From Stenotrophomonas sp. (GTDB taxonomy: Bacteria; Pseudomonadota; Gammaproteobacteria; Xanthomonadales; Xanthomonadaceae), in contig NZ_DAMBCN010000017.1 in assembly GCF_032056425.1 (NCBI RefSeq), positions 24,370-88,369 of the forward strand: a DNA stretch of 64,000 nt, in the 5' to 3' direction. The position numbers were made by a program, and so were the translations under genes. Under the pieces are notes generated by a model, which saw only the letters and a list, made by a program, of their open reading frames with translations, did not search any database and was not told where the DNA came from. Position 1 is the first letter of the stretch, and every line of letters starts with the position of its first letter. Below are positions 20,444 through 31,324 of this stretch, in pieces.

Positions 20444-20594
20444 GATGCCGTTCCGCACCTCGCCATCCCCAGCGCACCCGCTTTTGACGTTGATTCGGCC
20501 GTTGCCGTTGCTTCAACGGGTGCCGGGCAAAGCCCGGCCGAACTACAATCCCCTCCATGCTGAATTTCTCGAACAACCCCCTGCGGGAGCGCCG

Positions 20595-21709
<1,115 letters not shown>

Positions 21710-21787
21710 ATCCTGCCCGCGCGGCAGGGCCAGTAGTACCAAGCACCCCCATTACGTAAACCACACGCACCACTCGGGAGGAAACCC

Positions 21788-22279
21788 ATGAACACCACCA
21801 TGCGCGCGATGCTGATCGCTTCGTTTGCCCTGGCCTTCACCGCCTGCAAGAAGGAAGAGGCCGCTCCGGTCGAAGACGCCAAGCAGGCCCTGGTCGCCCC
21901 GGCCAAGGAAGACGATGCAGGCTGGAAGAAGTACCTGCAGGAAGTGGCGATCCAGAACATGGGCAACATCACCAACAGCCCGTTCCTGTACTACCTCTCG
22001 CCGGAATCGGACCCGGACTTCCAGGCCAAGTACGAGCGCCAGACCGAAAGCGCGACCCAGGCCGTGGCCCGTGGCGTGCAGCCGGGCAACATGCTGGCCT
22101 TCGGTTCGTCGGCCTCGGGCAAGATGGCTGACATGATCCAGACCGTGTTCAAGGACGTGTCCCCCGATTCCATGAAGGGCGTGCGCGTGGTGTTCATCGG
22201 CCAGTCGGCCGACAACGCCCGCGTGCAGGCAGCCGTGCAGCCGACCGGCGCCGAGTACATTTTCGTCGAAGCCAAGTAA
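21788..22279 (+). CDS. hypothetical lipoprotein
   Basis: GGGAGG RBS. Signal peptide plus lipobox (MLIASFALAFTAC). No domain recognised. Confidence 0.7.
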   Translation: MNTTMRAMLIASFALAFTACKKEEAAPVEDAKQALVAPAKEDDAGWKKYLQEVAIQNMGNITNSPFLYYLSPESDPDFQAKYERQTESATQAVARGVQPGNMLAFGSSASGKMADMIQTVFKDVSPDSMKGVRVVFIGQSADNARVQAAVQPTGAEYIFVEAK

Positions 22280-22411
22280 GACCGAGCCGTGGCGGCCACG
22301 CTGCGGCGTGGCCCGGGCGGCATCCTGCCAGGGGTGCCGCTGATGACCTGACCGTTCCGCGCGCCCGCGCGGGGCGGTCCTTGTCCCAAGGCGCGGGCGA
22401 GGAGTATCGCC

Positions 22412-22693
22412 ATGTCGCTGAAAATCAATGAGCTCTGCGTCAACTGTGACGTCTGCGAGCCGGCCTGCCCGAACCAGGCCATTTCGATGGGTGAAACCAT
22501 CTACTTGATCGACCCTGCGCGCTGCACCGAATGCGTGGGTCATTTCGACGAACCGCAGTGCGTGGTCGTCTGCCCGGTCGAATGCATCGATCCGGACCCG
22601 GATATCGTGGAAACGGAAGTCCAGCTGCTGGCCAAGCTGCGCCAGCTGCAGCACGATCATCCCGAACTCTACGCGGAGCCCCCATCCGAATGA
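22412..22693 (+). CDS. YfhL-type 2x[4Fe-4S] ferredoxin
   Basis: 93 aa with CVNCDVCEPACP and CTECVGHFDEPQCVVVCP. Confidence 0.9.
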   Translation: MSLKINELCVNCDVCEPACPNQAISMGETIYLIDPARCTECVGHFDEPQCVVVCPVECIDPDPDIVETEVQLLAKLRQLQHDHPELYAEPPSE

Positions 22694-24429
22694 AGCTGAT
22701 CGTCCGCCCCTTGTTGCTGCTTGGCCTGCTGCTGGGCCCCCAGGCGTGGGCTGCTGGCCCTGCCCAGACCCCGGCCCGCGCAGAGCGCCCCGACGGGGTT
22801 GCCGTGGCCAGTGGTCACGCGCTGGCCACCCAGGCCGGCATCGATATCCTGGCCCAGGGCGGCAACGCCTTCGACGCGGCCGTGGCGGTGTCGTCCACGC
22901 TGGCGGTGGTTGAACCGATCAGCTCCGGCCTCGGCGGTGGCGGCTTCTTCCTGCTGCACGATGCGGCCACCGGCAAGGACGTGATGCTGGACGCGCGCGA
23001 GACGGCGCCGACCGCGGCCACGCCGCAGGCATTCCTGGACAAGCAGGGCAACCTGGACCGCGACCGCTCGGTCAACGGCCCTTGGTCGGCCGGCATTCCG
23101 GGCCTGCCGGCCGCGCTGGTCGAGCTGTCGGCCAAGCATGGCAAGCTGCCGCTGGCCACCTCGCTGCAGCCGGCCATCCGCATCGCACGCGAAGGTTTCC
23201 CCGTGTACGAGCGCATGGCCAAGGGCTACGCCTCGCGCCGTGAGGTGATGGAGCGCTTCCCCGGCACGCGCGAGGTCTACCTGCGCAATGGCAAGCCGAT
23301 CGCCACCGGCGATCTGTTCAAGCAGCCCGAACTGGCACAGACCCTGGAACGCCTGGCGGCCGGCGGTCGTGATGGCTTCTACAAGGGCCAGACCGGCAAG
23401 CTGCTGCTGGAAGGGGTGAAGCAGGCCGGTGGCAAGTGGACCGCCGATGAGCTGGCCGGCTACCAGGTCAAGCTGCGCGAGCCGATCGTGTTCGACTACA
23501 ACGGCTGGAAGATCACCACCGCGCCGCCGCCGTCGTCCGGTGGCATCGCCCTGGCCAGCATGCTGCAGATCCTGGAAGGCTGGGACATCAAGCAGATGGA
23601 CCCGGCGCACCGCACCCACCTGGTGGTGGAGGCCATGCGCCGTGCCTATCGTGACCGCACGTTCTTCCTGGGTGATCCGGATTTCGTGCAGATTCCGCAG
23701 AAGGTGCTGACCAGCAAGGACTACGCCCAGGGCCTGCGCGCCACCATCCACCCGGAAAAGGCCACCCCCAGCGACCTGCTGTCGGGCAACCCGACGCCGC
23801 TGGAAGATGACGAAACCACCCATTTTTCGATCATCGACCGCGATGGCAATCGCGTGGGCGCCACCCAGACGGTGAACCTGCTGTACGGCTCGGGCCTGAT
23901 TCCGAAGGGCACCGGCGTGCTGCTGAACAATGAAATGGACGACTTCGCACTGAAGCCGGGCACCCCCAATGCGTTCGGGGTGATGGGCTATGCGGCCAAC
24001 GCTCCGAAGCCGGGCAAGCGCATGCTCAGCTCGATGACACCCACCTTCATGGAAAACAGCGACAAAGTGGTCGTGCTCGGTACGCCCGGTGGCAGCCGCA
24101 TCATCACCATGGTGCTGCTGGGCATCCTGGGCTATGACGCAGGCCTGGACGCGCAGCAGGTTGCCGCGCTGCCGCGCTACCACCACCAGTGGCTGCCGGA
24201 CCTGATCGAGGCCGAGAGCGATGCGTTCGACGCCGGGACCGTGAAGCAGCTGCAGGCCATGGGCCACAAGATCGACCTGCCGGGCGACGTTGCGGCCGGT
24301 GGTCGCGGCTCCAGCCACGTCTGGGGCAACCTGCAGACCGTGGAATGGGATCGCAAGGCGAACAAACTGTTCGGCGGCAGCGATCCGCGCAACCCGGTGG
24401 GCAGTGCCCAAGTCGTACCGGCACGTTGA
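22690..24429 (+). CDS. ggt: gamma-glutamyltransferase (periplasmic)
   Basis: ATG at 22690 overlaps the ferredoxin stop as ATGA. Signal peptide MKLIVRPLLLLGLLLGPQAWA. Autoprocessing-site context ETTHFSIID. Family similarity is full-length. Confidence 0.93.
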   Translation: MKLIVRPLLLLGLLLGPQAWAAGPAQTPARAERPDGVAVASGHALATQAGIDILAQGGNAFDAAVAVSSTLAVVEPISSGLGGGGFFLLHDAATGKDVMLDARETAPTAATPQAFLDKQGNLDRDRSVNGPWSAGIPGLPAALVELSAKHGKLPLATSLQPAIRIAREGFPVYERMAKGYASRREVMERFPGTREVYLRNGKPIATGDLFKQPELAQTLERLAAGGRDGFYKGQTGKLLLEGVKQAGGKWTADELAGYQVKLREPIVFDYNGWKITTAPPPSSGGIALASMLQILEGWDIKQMDPAHRTHLVVEAMRRAYRDRTFFLGDPDFVQIPQKVLTSKDYAQGLRATIHPEKATPSDLLSGNPTPLEDDETTHFSIIDRDGNRVGATQTVNLLYGSGLIPKGTGVLLNNEMDDFALKPGTPNAFGVMGYAANAPKPGKRMLSSMTPTFMENSDKVVVLGTPGGSRIITMVLLGILGYDAGLDAQQVAALPRYHHQWLPDLIEAESDAFDAGTVKQLQAMGHKIDLPGDVAAGGRGSSHVWGNLQTVEWDRKANKLFGGSDPRNPVGSAQVVPAR

Positions 24430-24435
24430 AGCGCG

Positions 24436-24459
24436 GGTAGCGCCGGGCCACGCCCGGCG
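24436..24459. repeat. SMAG-type REP
   Basis: GGTAGCGCCGGGCCACGCCCGGCG. Confidence 0.85.
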
Positions 24460-24473
24460 AAAGCAGATTCCGC

Positions 24474-24505
24474 GAACCCCGCCATCCGGCGGGGTTCTGC
24501 ATTTT
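24474..24505 (+). terminator. Rho-independent terminator candidate after ggt
   Basis: GAACCCCGCC-ATCC-GGCGGGGTTC (10-bp stem) followed by TGCATTTT. Confidence 0.6.
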
Positions 24506-24548
24506 CCGGCTAGCGATTATTTAACAGGGGGACCTAGATAATTGCCGC

Positions 24549-25436
24549 ATGAAACTATGGTCGATTCGTGGAAACTCGCAGCGCCTGGATGGCGGGGCGA
24601 TGTTCGGCAACGCGCCGCGCGCGTTGTGGGAAAAATGGGCGGCCCCGGACGAGCTCAATCGCATCGAGCTGGCCTGCCGTGCGCTGCTGGCCAGCCCGCT
24701 GGAAGGCAAGACGGTGCTGTTTGAAACGGGTATCGGCGCCTTTTTCGACCCGCGTATGCGCGAGCGCTACGGCGTGCAGGAAAGCCGGCACGTGCTGATT
24801 GATTCGCTGCGCGAGGCCGGATTCGAGCACGAAGATATCGACGTGGTGGTGCTCAGCCACCTGCATTTCGACCATGCAGGGGGTCTGCTGGCGCCGTGGA
24901 CCGAAGGCCGTGGCCCGGAACTGCTGTTCCCCAATGCCACCTTCGTGGTCGGTGCGCAGCACTGGCAACGGGCCTTGCAGCCGCATCCGCGCGATCGGGC
25001 CAGCTTCATCGCCGAACTGCCCGCGCTGCTGCAGGCCAGTGGTCGGCTGGAAGTGGTGGAGGGCGAGTATTCGCAGGTGCTGGGCCGCAGCGTGCGCTTC
25101 AGCTACAGCGACGGCCACACCCCGGGGCTGATGCTGGCCGAGATTGTCGGGCACGCGCACGCCGACCAGGCGCCGCACGGCGGCGTGGTGTTCTGCGCCG
25201 ATCTGATTCCCGGGCGCTCCTGGGTGCACGTTCCGATCACCATGGGGTACGACCGCAATGCCGAACTGCTGATCGACGAGAAGCGCCAGTTCCTGGAAGA
25301 CAAGCTGGCGCGCAACGTGCATCTGTTCTTCACCCACGACCCGCAGGTGGCGCTGGCCCAGCTGGGGCGCGATGAGAAAGGTCGTTTCGTGACCCTGCAC
25401 GAGCAGGGTGAACTGAAGGCCCGCGCGCTGGGCTGA
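24549..25436 (+). CDS. MBL-fold metallo-hydrolase
   Basis: 295 aa with the HxHxDH motif ([11 protein letters not shown]). Confidence 0.85.
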   Translation: MKLWSIRGNSQRLDGGAMFGNAPRALWEKWAAPDELNRIELACRALLASPLEGKTVLFETGIGAFFDPRMRERYGVQESRHVLIDSLREAGFEHEDIDVVVLSHLHFDHAGGLLAPWTEGRGPELLFPNATFVVGAQHWQRALQPHPRDRASFIAELPALLQASGRLEVVEGEYSQVLGRSVRFSYSDGHTPGLMLAEIVGHAHADQAPHGGVVFCADLIPGRSWVHVPITMGYDRNAELLIDEKRQFLEDKLARNVHLFFTHDPQVALAQLGRDEKGRFVTLHEQGELKARALG

Positions 25437-25441
25437 GTACC

Positions 25442-25478
25442 GGGGTCAGAGCCCTTTCTGCAAAAGGGATCCGACCCC
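25442..25478. repeat. GGGGTCAGAGCCC...GGGATCCGACCCC-type hairpin repeat
   Basis: GGGGTCAGAGCCCTTTCTGCAAAAGGGATCCGACCCC. Same family as 20406-20443 and 56421-56459. Confidence 0.85.
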
Positions 25479-25486
25479 TGGGCCGG

Positions 25487-26119
25487 TCAAACGACGCGGG
25501 TACCGAAAATGCGGTCGCCGGCGTCGCCCAGGCCGGGCAGGATGTAGCCCTTGTCATTGAGATGGGCGTCGATCGCGGCGGTGTAGATTTCCACGTCCGG
25601 ATGCGCGGCCTTTACTGCCTCGATGCCTTCCGGCGCGGCGACCAGGAAAATGCCCTTGATGCGGCGGGCGCCGGCACGCTTGAGCATGTCGATGGTGGCG
25701 ATCAGGGTGCCGCCGGTGGCCAGCATCGGGTCCAGGATCAGCGCATCGCGCTCTTCCAAGCGGCCGGTCAGGCGCTCGAAATAGGGCACCGGCTGCAGGG
25801 TTTCTTCGTCGCGCTGCAGGCCGACCACGCTCACACGGGCGGCCGGGATGAGCGACAGCACGCCACTGAGCATGCCCAGGCCGGCGCGCAGGATTGGCAC
25901 CACCGTGATCTTGGCGCCAGCGATGCGCTGCACGGTGACCGGGCCGGCCCAGCCGGGCAGGGTGTGCGGTTCGGTCTCCAGGTCGGCGGTGGCCTCGTAG
26001 GCCAGCAGCGTGCCGAGCTCGTTGGCAAGCTCGCGGAAATCCTTGGTGCTGAGCGCAGCGTTGCGCATCAGGCCGATCTTGTGCTGCACCAGCGGGTGGC
26101 GCACTTCGACGATCTTCAT
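25487..26119 (-). CDS. upp: uracil phosphoribosyltransferase
   Basis: ATG at 26117-26119 ([19 protein letters not shown]...). PRPP motif [12 protein letters not shown]. Confidence 0.95.
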   Translation of the reverse strand: MKIVEVRHPLVQHKIGLMRNAALSTKDFRELANELGTLLAYEATADLETEPHTLPGWAGPVTVQRIAGAKITVVPILRAGLGMLSGVLSLIPAARVSVVGLQRDEETLQPVPYFERLTGRLEERDALILDPMLATGGTLIATIDMLKRAGARRIKGIFLVAAPEGIEAVKAAHPDVEIYTAAIDAHLNDKGYILPGLGDAGDRIFGTRVV

Positions 26120-26273
26120 GGTCGGGAAGGGGGTCTGGGAGAGGCCTCCATTTTGCCGCAAGGGCGGTCGGAACCCAAACGGCGGCCGCTGCTGTCGGCG
26201 CGCACATGTCACGACCGTGCAACTTTGCAGACATACCGTGCAGACCCATTCTTAACAGGAATGGGGCTCCAAC

Positions 26274-28835
26274 GTGATTATCAAGACTCCGCTGGCCATG
26301 GCCATCACCCTGACCCTGGCGATGGGGGCTGCAGCGCCGCTGCACGCTGCCGGGCAGCAGGCAGTGATCGGTGCCGGCGCGGTTGCCGCCGATGCGGTCG
26401 ACCTGGACCGTATCGAAGTGCGTGCCCAGCTGGAATCGCAGGTTCGCGCGGTCGATCTGAAGCGCAGCAGCAACGCCATCGAAGATGCCGTTTCGTCCGA
26501 TGCGCTGGGCCAGTACCCGGACAAGAACGTGGCCGAATCGCTGCAACGCCTGCCCGGCATCAGCGTGACCCGCGACCAGGGCGAGGGCCGCTTCGTGGTC
26601 ATCCGCGGCCTGGATGCCAACCTCAACAGCGTCAGCGTGGATGGCATTGCCGTGGGCACGCCGGAGGATTCCAGCCGCGCTGCACCGCTGGACGTGATTC
26701 CGTCCGATTCGACCGAACGCCTGCGCGTGGTCAAGTCGCCCACCCCGGACATGCCCGGTGATGCCATCGGTGGCGCGGTGCTGGTCGAGTCGGCATCGGC
26801 GTTCGACCGCGATGGCCGCAGCCTGCGCGGCAAGATCGAAGCCAGCCACCAGCAGTTGTCCGGCGAAACCAGCCCAAAGGCGGCCTTCAACTACAGCGAA
26901 GTGTTCGCCGATACCTTCGGCGTGGCACTGGGCGTGAACTACCAGAAGCGCACCTTCGAGTCGGACAACAGCGAAGTGGAGTACGACGGCGAGGACGATG
27001 CCGCACCTGGCGATGTCACCGCAATCAACCTGCAGCACCGCAAGTACGAGATCGAGCGCAAGCGCATCGGCGCCAACCTCAACCTGGACTGGCGCCCCAA
27101 CGAATACAGCAAGTACTACCTGCGCACCCTGTACAGCCAGTTCGACGATGCCGAGACCCGCCAGCGGGTGATCTTCAACTTCGACGATGCCGACATGGTC
27201 CGCACCGGCACCGACCAGTACCGCCTGGACGACATGCCTGGCGATGCGATCGACAAGCGCATGCGCTACCGCACCAAGGAAGAAAACACCTTCGCCGCCA
27301 GCCTGGGCGGCGAGAACACCTTCACCAACGCCGTGGTCGATTACAGGGTCGGCTACACCCGCACCGAAGAGCGGGTGAACGATGAAATGGAAGCGCGTTT
27401 CAGCCTGGACGGCGACGATTTCAACGGCACCCTCGACCAGCGCAGCCGCCTGCCGACCTACACCTTCGACAACCCGCAGTGGCTGGACAACGGCAACTAC
27501 GCGTTCGATCGCTTCGTGCTGTCGCCCAAGCAGGTGAACGACAAGGAGCACAGCGCGCAGGTGAACGTGCGCTTCGACGGTGACAGCAGCAGCATCAAGT
27601 TCGGCCTGCTGGGCCGCTGGCGCGACCGCGACGTGAATGTCGACGAGCGCGAACTGCGCGTCGGCCCGAAGGTCGCCCTGTCGAGCTGGACCAGCGGTTC
27701 GCCCGATCATCGCCACGTCACCACGGGCCAGGGCATGGATTCGGATGCGATGCGCGCCTACTGGGTGGCCAACAGCGGCCTGTACAGTGCCCGTCCGCAG
27801 GATGTCGGCGGCAATGCGATGACCTCGCTGGAAGAAGATTACGTGGCCAGCGAAGACATCTTTGCCAGCTATGCGACGGGCACCTGGGATATCGGCGCGC
27901 TGCGCGTCATCGGTGGCGTGCGCGTGGAAAGCACGCGCTTCGAGGCGACCGGCAACCAGGTGGACGTGGCGGCCAACGGGCGCAGCTTCACGGTTACCCC
28001 GCGCGTGGCCAACAGCAGCTACACCAACGTGCTGCCGGGCCTGCACCTGCGCTACGACGCGGCCGACGACTGGGTGCTGCGTGCCTCGGCCAACAAGACC
28101 ATCGCGCGCCCGTCGTTCGGCGATGTCTCGCCGCGCGTGGGGTACAGCCGGGGCGATGAAGAAGTGCGCCTGGGCAACCCGGAACTGGATCCGTACGAGT
28201 CGAAGAACATCGATCTGTCGGTGGAGAAATACCTCGGCACCACCGGCATCGTCTCGCTCGGCCTGTTCCACAAGTCCATCGACGGCTACATCGTGGAAAC
28301 CGTGCGCACCAATGATCCGGCCTACGGTGGCTTCGACGTGACCCAGCCGATCAACGGCCGCAAGGCCACCGTGCGCGGCGCCGAACTGAACTGGCAGCAG
28401 CAGCTGTCGTTCCTGCCGGGCGCGCTGGATGGCCTGCTGGTCGGTGCCAGCGGAACCTGGCTGGACACCGAATTCGATGCCGGCATTGCGGACCGTGCCG
28501 GTGAGGACTTCATGCTGCCGCGCGCATCCAGGCACGTGTACAGCGCCCACATCGGGTATGAGAAGTACGGCCTCAGCACGCGCTTGGCCGCGGTGTATCG
28601 CAGTGAGTACCTGGACAGCATCGGCAAGGGCCGCGCGTTCGATATCTACGTGGCACCCAACACCCAGCTGGACTTCTCGCTGGACTACAGGTTCACCCCG
28701 CGCATCAGCATGTACTTCGAAGCGCAGAACCTGCTGGACAAGCCGCTGGAGCTGTACCAGGGCACCCGCTCGCGCACCCTGCAGCTGGAAGAGTATGGTC
28801 GCACCTACGCCGTTGGCCTGAAGGTGGCCCTGTGA
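26274..28835 (+). CDS. TonB-dependent outer-membrane receptor
   Basis: GTG start. Signal peptide, plug domain (NVAESLQRLPGISVTRDQGEGRFVVIRGLD), long beta-barrel and a C-terminal aromatic end (YAVGLKVAL). Confidence 0.92.
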   Translation: MIIKTPLAMAITLTLAMGAAAPLHAAGQQAVIGAGAVAADAVDLDRIEVRAQLESQVRAVDLKRSSNAIEDAVSSDALGQYPDKNVAESLQRLPGISVTRDQGEGRFVVIRGLDANLNSVSVDGIAVGTPEDSSRAAPLDVIPSDSTERLRVVKSPTPDMPGDAIGGAVLVESASAFDRDGRSLRGKIEASHQQLSGETSPKAAFNYSEVFADTFGVALGVNYQKRTFESDNSEVEYDGEDDAAPGDVTAINLQHRKYEIERKRIGANLNLDWRPNEYSKYYLRTLYSQFDDAETRQRVIFNFDDADMVRTGTDQYRLDDMPGDAIDKRMRYRTKEENTFAASLGGENTFTNAVVDYRVGYTRTEERVNDEMEARFSLDGDDFNGTLDQRSRLPTYTFDNPQWLDNGNYAFDRFVLSPKQVNDKEHSAQVNVRFDGDSSSIKFGLLGRWRDRDVNVDERELRVGPKVALSSWTSGSPDHRHVTTGQGMDSDAMRAYWVANSGLYSARPQDVGGNAMTSLEEDYVASEDIFASYATGTWDIGALRVIGGVRVESTRFEATGNQVDVAANGRSFTVTPRVANSSYTNVLPGLHLRYDAADDWVLRASANKTIARPSFGDVSPRVGYSRGDEEVRLGNPELDPYESKNIDLSVEKYLGTTGIVSLGLFHKSIDGYIVETVRTNDPAYGGFDVTQPINGRKATVRGAELNWQQQLSFLPGALDGLLVGASGTWLDTEFDAGIADRAGEDFMLPRASRHVYSAHIGYEKYGLSTRLAAVYRSEYLDSIGKGRAFDIYVAPNTQLDFSLDYRFTPRISMYFEAQNLLDKPLELYQGTRSRTLQLEEYGRTYAVGLKVAL

Positions 28836-29953
28836 TGGCGCGCCGGATCAACCTGCTGGCAGCCGCGCTGGTGGCAGCGCTGGCGGTGGGCTGCACGCCG
28901 ACGGGGGCGCCTGCCGAGGCCGATTCCGCTGCGGCGACGCCAGCGGCAGATACGCCGCGTGCGGTGGCGACCCTTGCTGAAGCGTTCCTGACCCCGATGA
29001 CCCCGGCCGACAACATCGATTCGCCGGCCAGCTGGCAGGCGCCGGATGGTGCGACCTGGCTGATCGCCACGGCCAAGGCCACCGACAAGCTGGTGGTCTA
29101 CGATGGCAGCAGCGGCAAGCACCTGCGTGACGTGGGCAGCAGCGGCACGGCGCTGGGTCAGTTCGACCGCCCCAATGGCATCTCGGTGACCGACGACCTG
29201 CTGTGGATCGTGGAGCGTGACAACCACCGCGTGCAGGTGCTCTCGCTGCCCGATTTCACCCCGCTGGCGGTGTTCGGCGCGCAGGATCTGCGCAAGCCCT
29301 ATGGCCTGTGGGTGGACAAGCGGGCCGATGGGTACAGCGTGTACGTCACCGATTCCTGGGACAACGGCGAGGACGCAGCGGGCAAGGACATCCTGCCGCC
29401 CCTGCCCGAGCTGGACAAGCGCGTGCGCCAGTACCGCGTGACCCGCGATGGCGCCAAGCTTGAAGCCACGCTGGCGGCCAGTATCGGCGACACCAGCGAA
29501 GCCGGTGCACTGCGGGTGGTCGAATCGATCTGGGGTGACCCGGCCAACGATCGCCTGCTGATTGCCGAAGAGGATGAAAGCTACGCCAGCGAGTTCAAGG
29601 TCTACACCCTGGCCGGTCGCTTCACCGGCACCACCTTCGGCCGCGATGTGTTCAAGGCGCAGGCCGAAGGCGTGATGCTGCGGACCTGCGGCAAGGACGG
29701 TTGGTGGATCACCACCGAACAGGGCAAGCAGCGCAGTGTGTTCCATCTGTTCGACCGGCACACCTTGAAGCCGGTGGGCGCGTTCCAGGGCAATACGGTG
29801 GCCAACACCGACGGCATCTGGATGATGCAGCAGCCCACGCCGCGCTTCCCGCATGGCGCGTTGTATGCGGTGCATGACGACCAGGGCGTCGTCGCTTTCG
29901 ATTGGCAGGCCATCGCCAAGCAGCTTTCGCTGCCGCTGGAGTGTGGCGCATGA
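28835..29953 (+). CDS. beta-propeller phytase-like (or NHL-like) lipoprotein
   Basis: Lipobox LAVGC. NIDSPASWQAPDG and LLIAEEDE resemble 3-phytase (BPP) blocks. FDRPNGISV...ERDNHRVQVL is also NHL-repeat-like. The start overlaps the TBDR stop. Confidence 0.6.
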   Translation: MARRINLLAAALVAALAVGCTPTGAPAEADSAAATPAADTPRAVATLAEAFLTPMTPADNIDSPASWQAPDGATWLIATAKATDKLVVYDGSSGKHLRDVGSSGTALGQFDRPNGISVTDDLLWIVERDNHRVQVLSLPDFTPLAVFGAQDLRKPYGLWVDKRADGYSVYVTDSWDNGEDAAGKDILPPLPELDKRVRQYRVTRDGAKLEATLAASIGDTSEAGALRVVESIWGDPANDRLLIAEEDESYASEFKVYTLAGRFTGTTFGRDVFKAQAEGVMLRTCGKDGWWITTEQGKQRSVFHLFDRHTLKPVGAFQGNTVANTDGIWMMQQPTPRFPHGALYAVHDDQGVVAFDWQAIAKQLSLPLECGA

Positions 29954-31314
29954 GCGGCCGTTGCATGCGCGTGCTGACTGTCGCCCTGCTGTTGGCCGCA
30001 CCGCTGCTGGCGGGCGCGGCAGCCGAGCCCAATACCCAGGTTCCGCAGGGCAGCCGCCATTACGCGGCCACGCCGCTGCCGGACCGCATCGTTGCCTCGC
30101 CTTCGGCCGATCCGGCGCACGCGTTCGCGGTGGCCTGGCGTACCGACGGCAGCGTGCAGTCGCCGCTGCTGGAAGTGGCCGTGGCCGGCGATTCGCCGGC
30201 CATCGAGGGCGTGCGCCAGCTGCGTGCGAACACGCAGACGCTGCAGAGCGAGAACGGCCTGTCCCACCACCACCGTGTACAGGTGGACGGGCTGCAGCCG
30301 GACACGCTGTACGTCTACCGCGTGCAGGGCAACGGCGGCTGGAGCGCCTGGAACCAGTTGCGCACCGCGGGTGTTCCCGGCCAGCCGCTGACCCTGCTGT
30401 ACTTTGGTGACACCCAGAACAAAAACCTCAGCCATGTCAGTCGCGTGGTGCGCGCCGCGCAGAAGGCCGCGCCGGATGCGCGGGTCAGCCTGTTCGCCGG
30501 CGACCTGGTGAGTGGTGGCGACGGCGCCGACGATACCGAGTGGGGCGAATGGTTCGCCGCCACTGGTTGGCTGGCGCAGGAAACGCTGGTGGCGCCGGCG
30601 ATCGGCAACCACGAATACTTCGAGGAATTCGAAGATACGCCGCAGGAACGCCGCGTGCTGGGTCGCCATTGGCGGGTGACCTTCGCGCTGCCGGGCAACG
30701 GTGTGGCAGCGGCCGATACCAGTACCTACTGGTTCGACGTGCAGGACGTGCGTGTGGTGGTGCTCGATGGCACCTCGGCGCTCGATCTGGGCACCGCACA
30801 GGCGCAGGCGCAGTGGCTGGACCGCGTGCTGAGCGGCAACCGGCCTGCGTGGACGATCGTGCTGCTGCACCAGCCGTTCTACTCACCGCGCGAAGGCCGC
30901 CAGAACGCCGCACTGCAGAAGGTGCTGCAGCCGGTGATCCGTCGCCACAAAGTGGATCTGGTGCTGCAGGGTCACGACCACACCTACGGCCGCCGCGGTG
31001 AAGGGCAGGCCGCTACGCCGCAGTATGTGGTGACCGTGGCCGGGCCGAAGCAGTACCGGCTGTCGGACGAGGCCAGGCAGACCATGGACCCGGTCGCCGA
31101 GGACACGCAGTTATTCCAGGTGCTGCGCATCGACCCGCAGCACCTGCGCTACGAAGCGCGCACCGTCACCGGCCGTCTGTACGACGCCTTCGAACTGCGC
31201 CGCGCGGCCGATGGCAGCACGCAGAAGGTGGAGCTGCAGCAGGGGCGCATCACCCCGCGTGCATGCCCGCGTGCGCAGACTGCCAAGGGTCGTGCCGACC
31301 GCTGCTGGGAATGA
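29950..31314 (+). CDS. exported calcineurin-like metallophosphoesterase (purple-acid-phosphatase-like)
   Basis: ATG at 29950 (ATGA overlap with the previous stop). Signal peptide MSGRCMRVLTVALLLAAPLLAGAAA. Motifs YFGDTQN, AGDLVSGG, GNHEY, GHDHTY. Confidence 0.8.
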   Translation: MSGRCMRVLTVALLLAAPLLAGAAAEPNTQVPQGSRHYAATPLPDRIVASPSADPAHAFAVAWRTDGSVQSPLLEVAVAGDSPAIEGVRQLRANTQTLQSENGLSHHHRVQVDGLQPDTLYVYRVQGNGGWSAWNQLRTAGVPGQPLTLLYFGDTQNKNLSHVSRVVRAAQKAAPDARVSLFAGDLVSGGDGADDTEWGEWFAATGWLAQETLVAPAIGNHEYFEEFEDTPQERRVLGRHWRVTFALPGNGVAAADTSTYWFDVQDVRVVVLDGTSALDLGTAQAQAQWLDRVLSGNRPAWTIVLLHQPFYSPREGRQNAALQKVLQPVIRRHKVDLVLQGHDHTYGRRGEGQAATPQYVVTVAGPKQYRLSDEARQTMDPVAEDTQLFQVLRIDPQHLRYEARTVTGRLYDAFELRRAADGSTQKVELQQGRITPRACPRAQTAKGRADRCWE

Positions 31315-31324
31315 GGAGCCAACG

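Noticed and set aside
26188-26223. Pho-box-like repeats (CTGTCGG ... ATGTCAC-GACC-GTGCAAC) upstream of the TonB receptor of the phosphorus operon.
   Set aside because: Only one half-site resembles CTGTCAT well. The spacing of the better pair is 14 nt rather than 11 nt. This is too weak to call without a genome-derived PhoB matrix.
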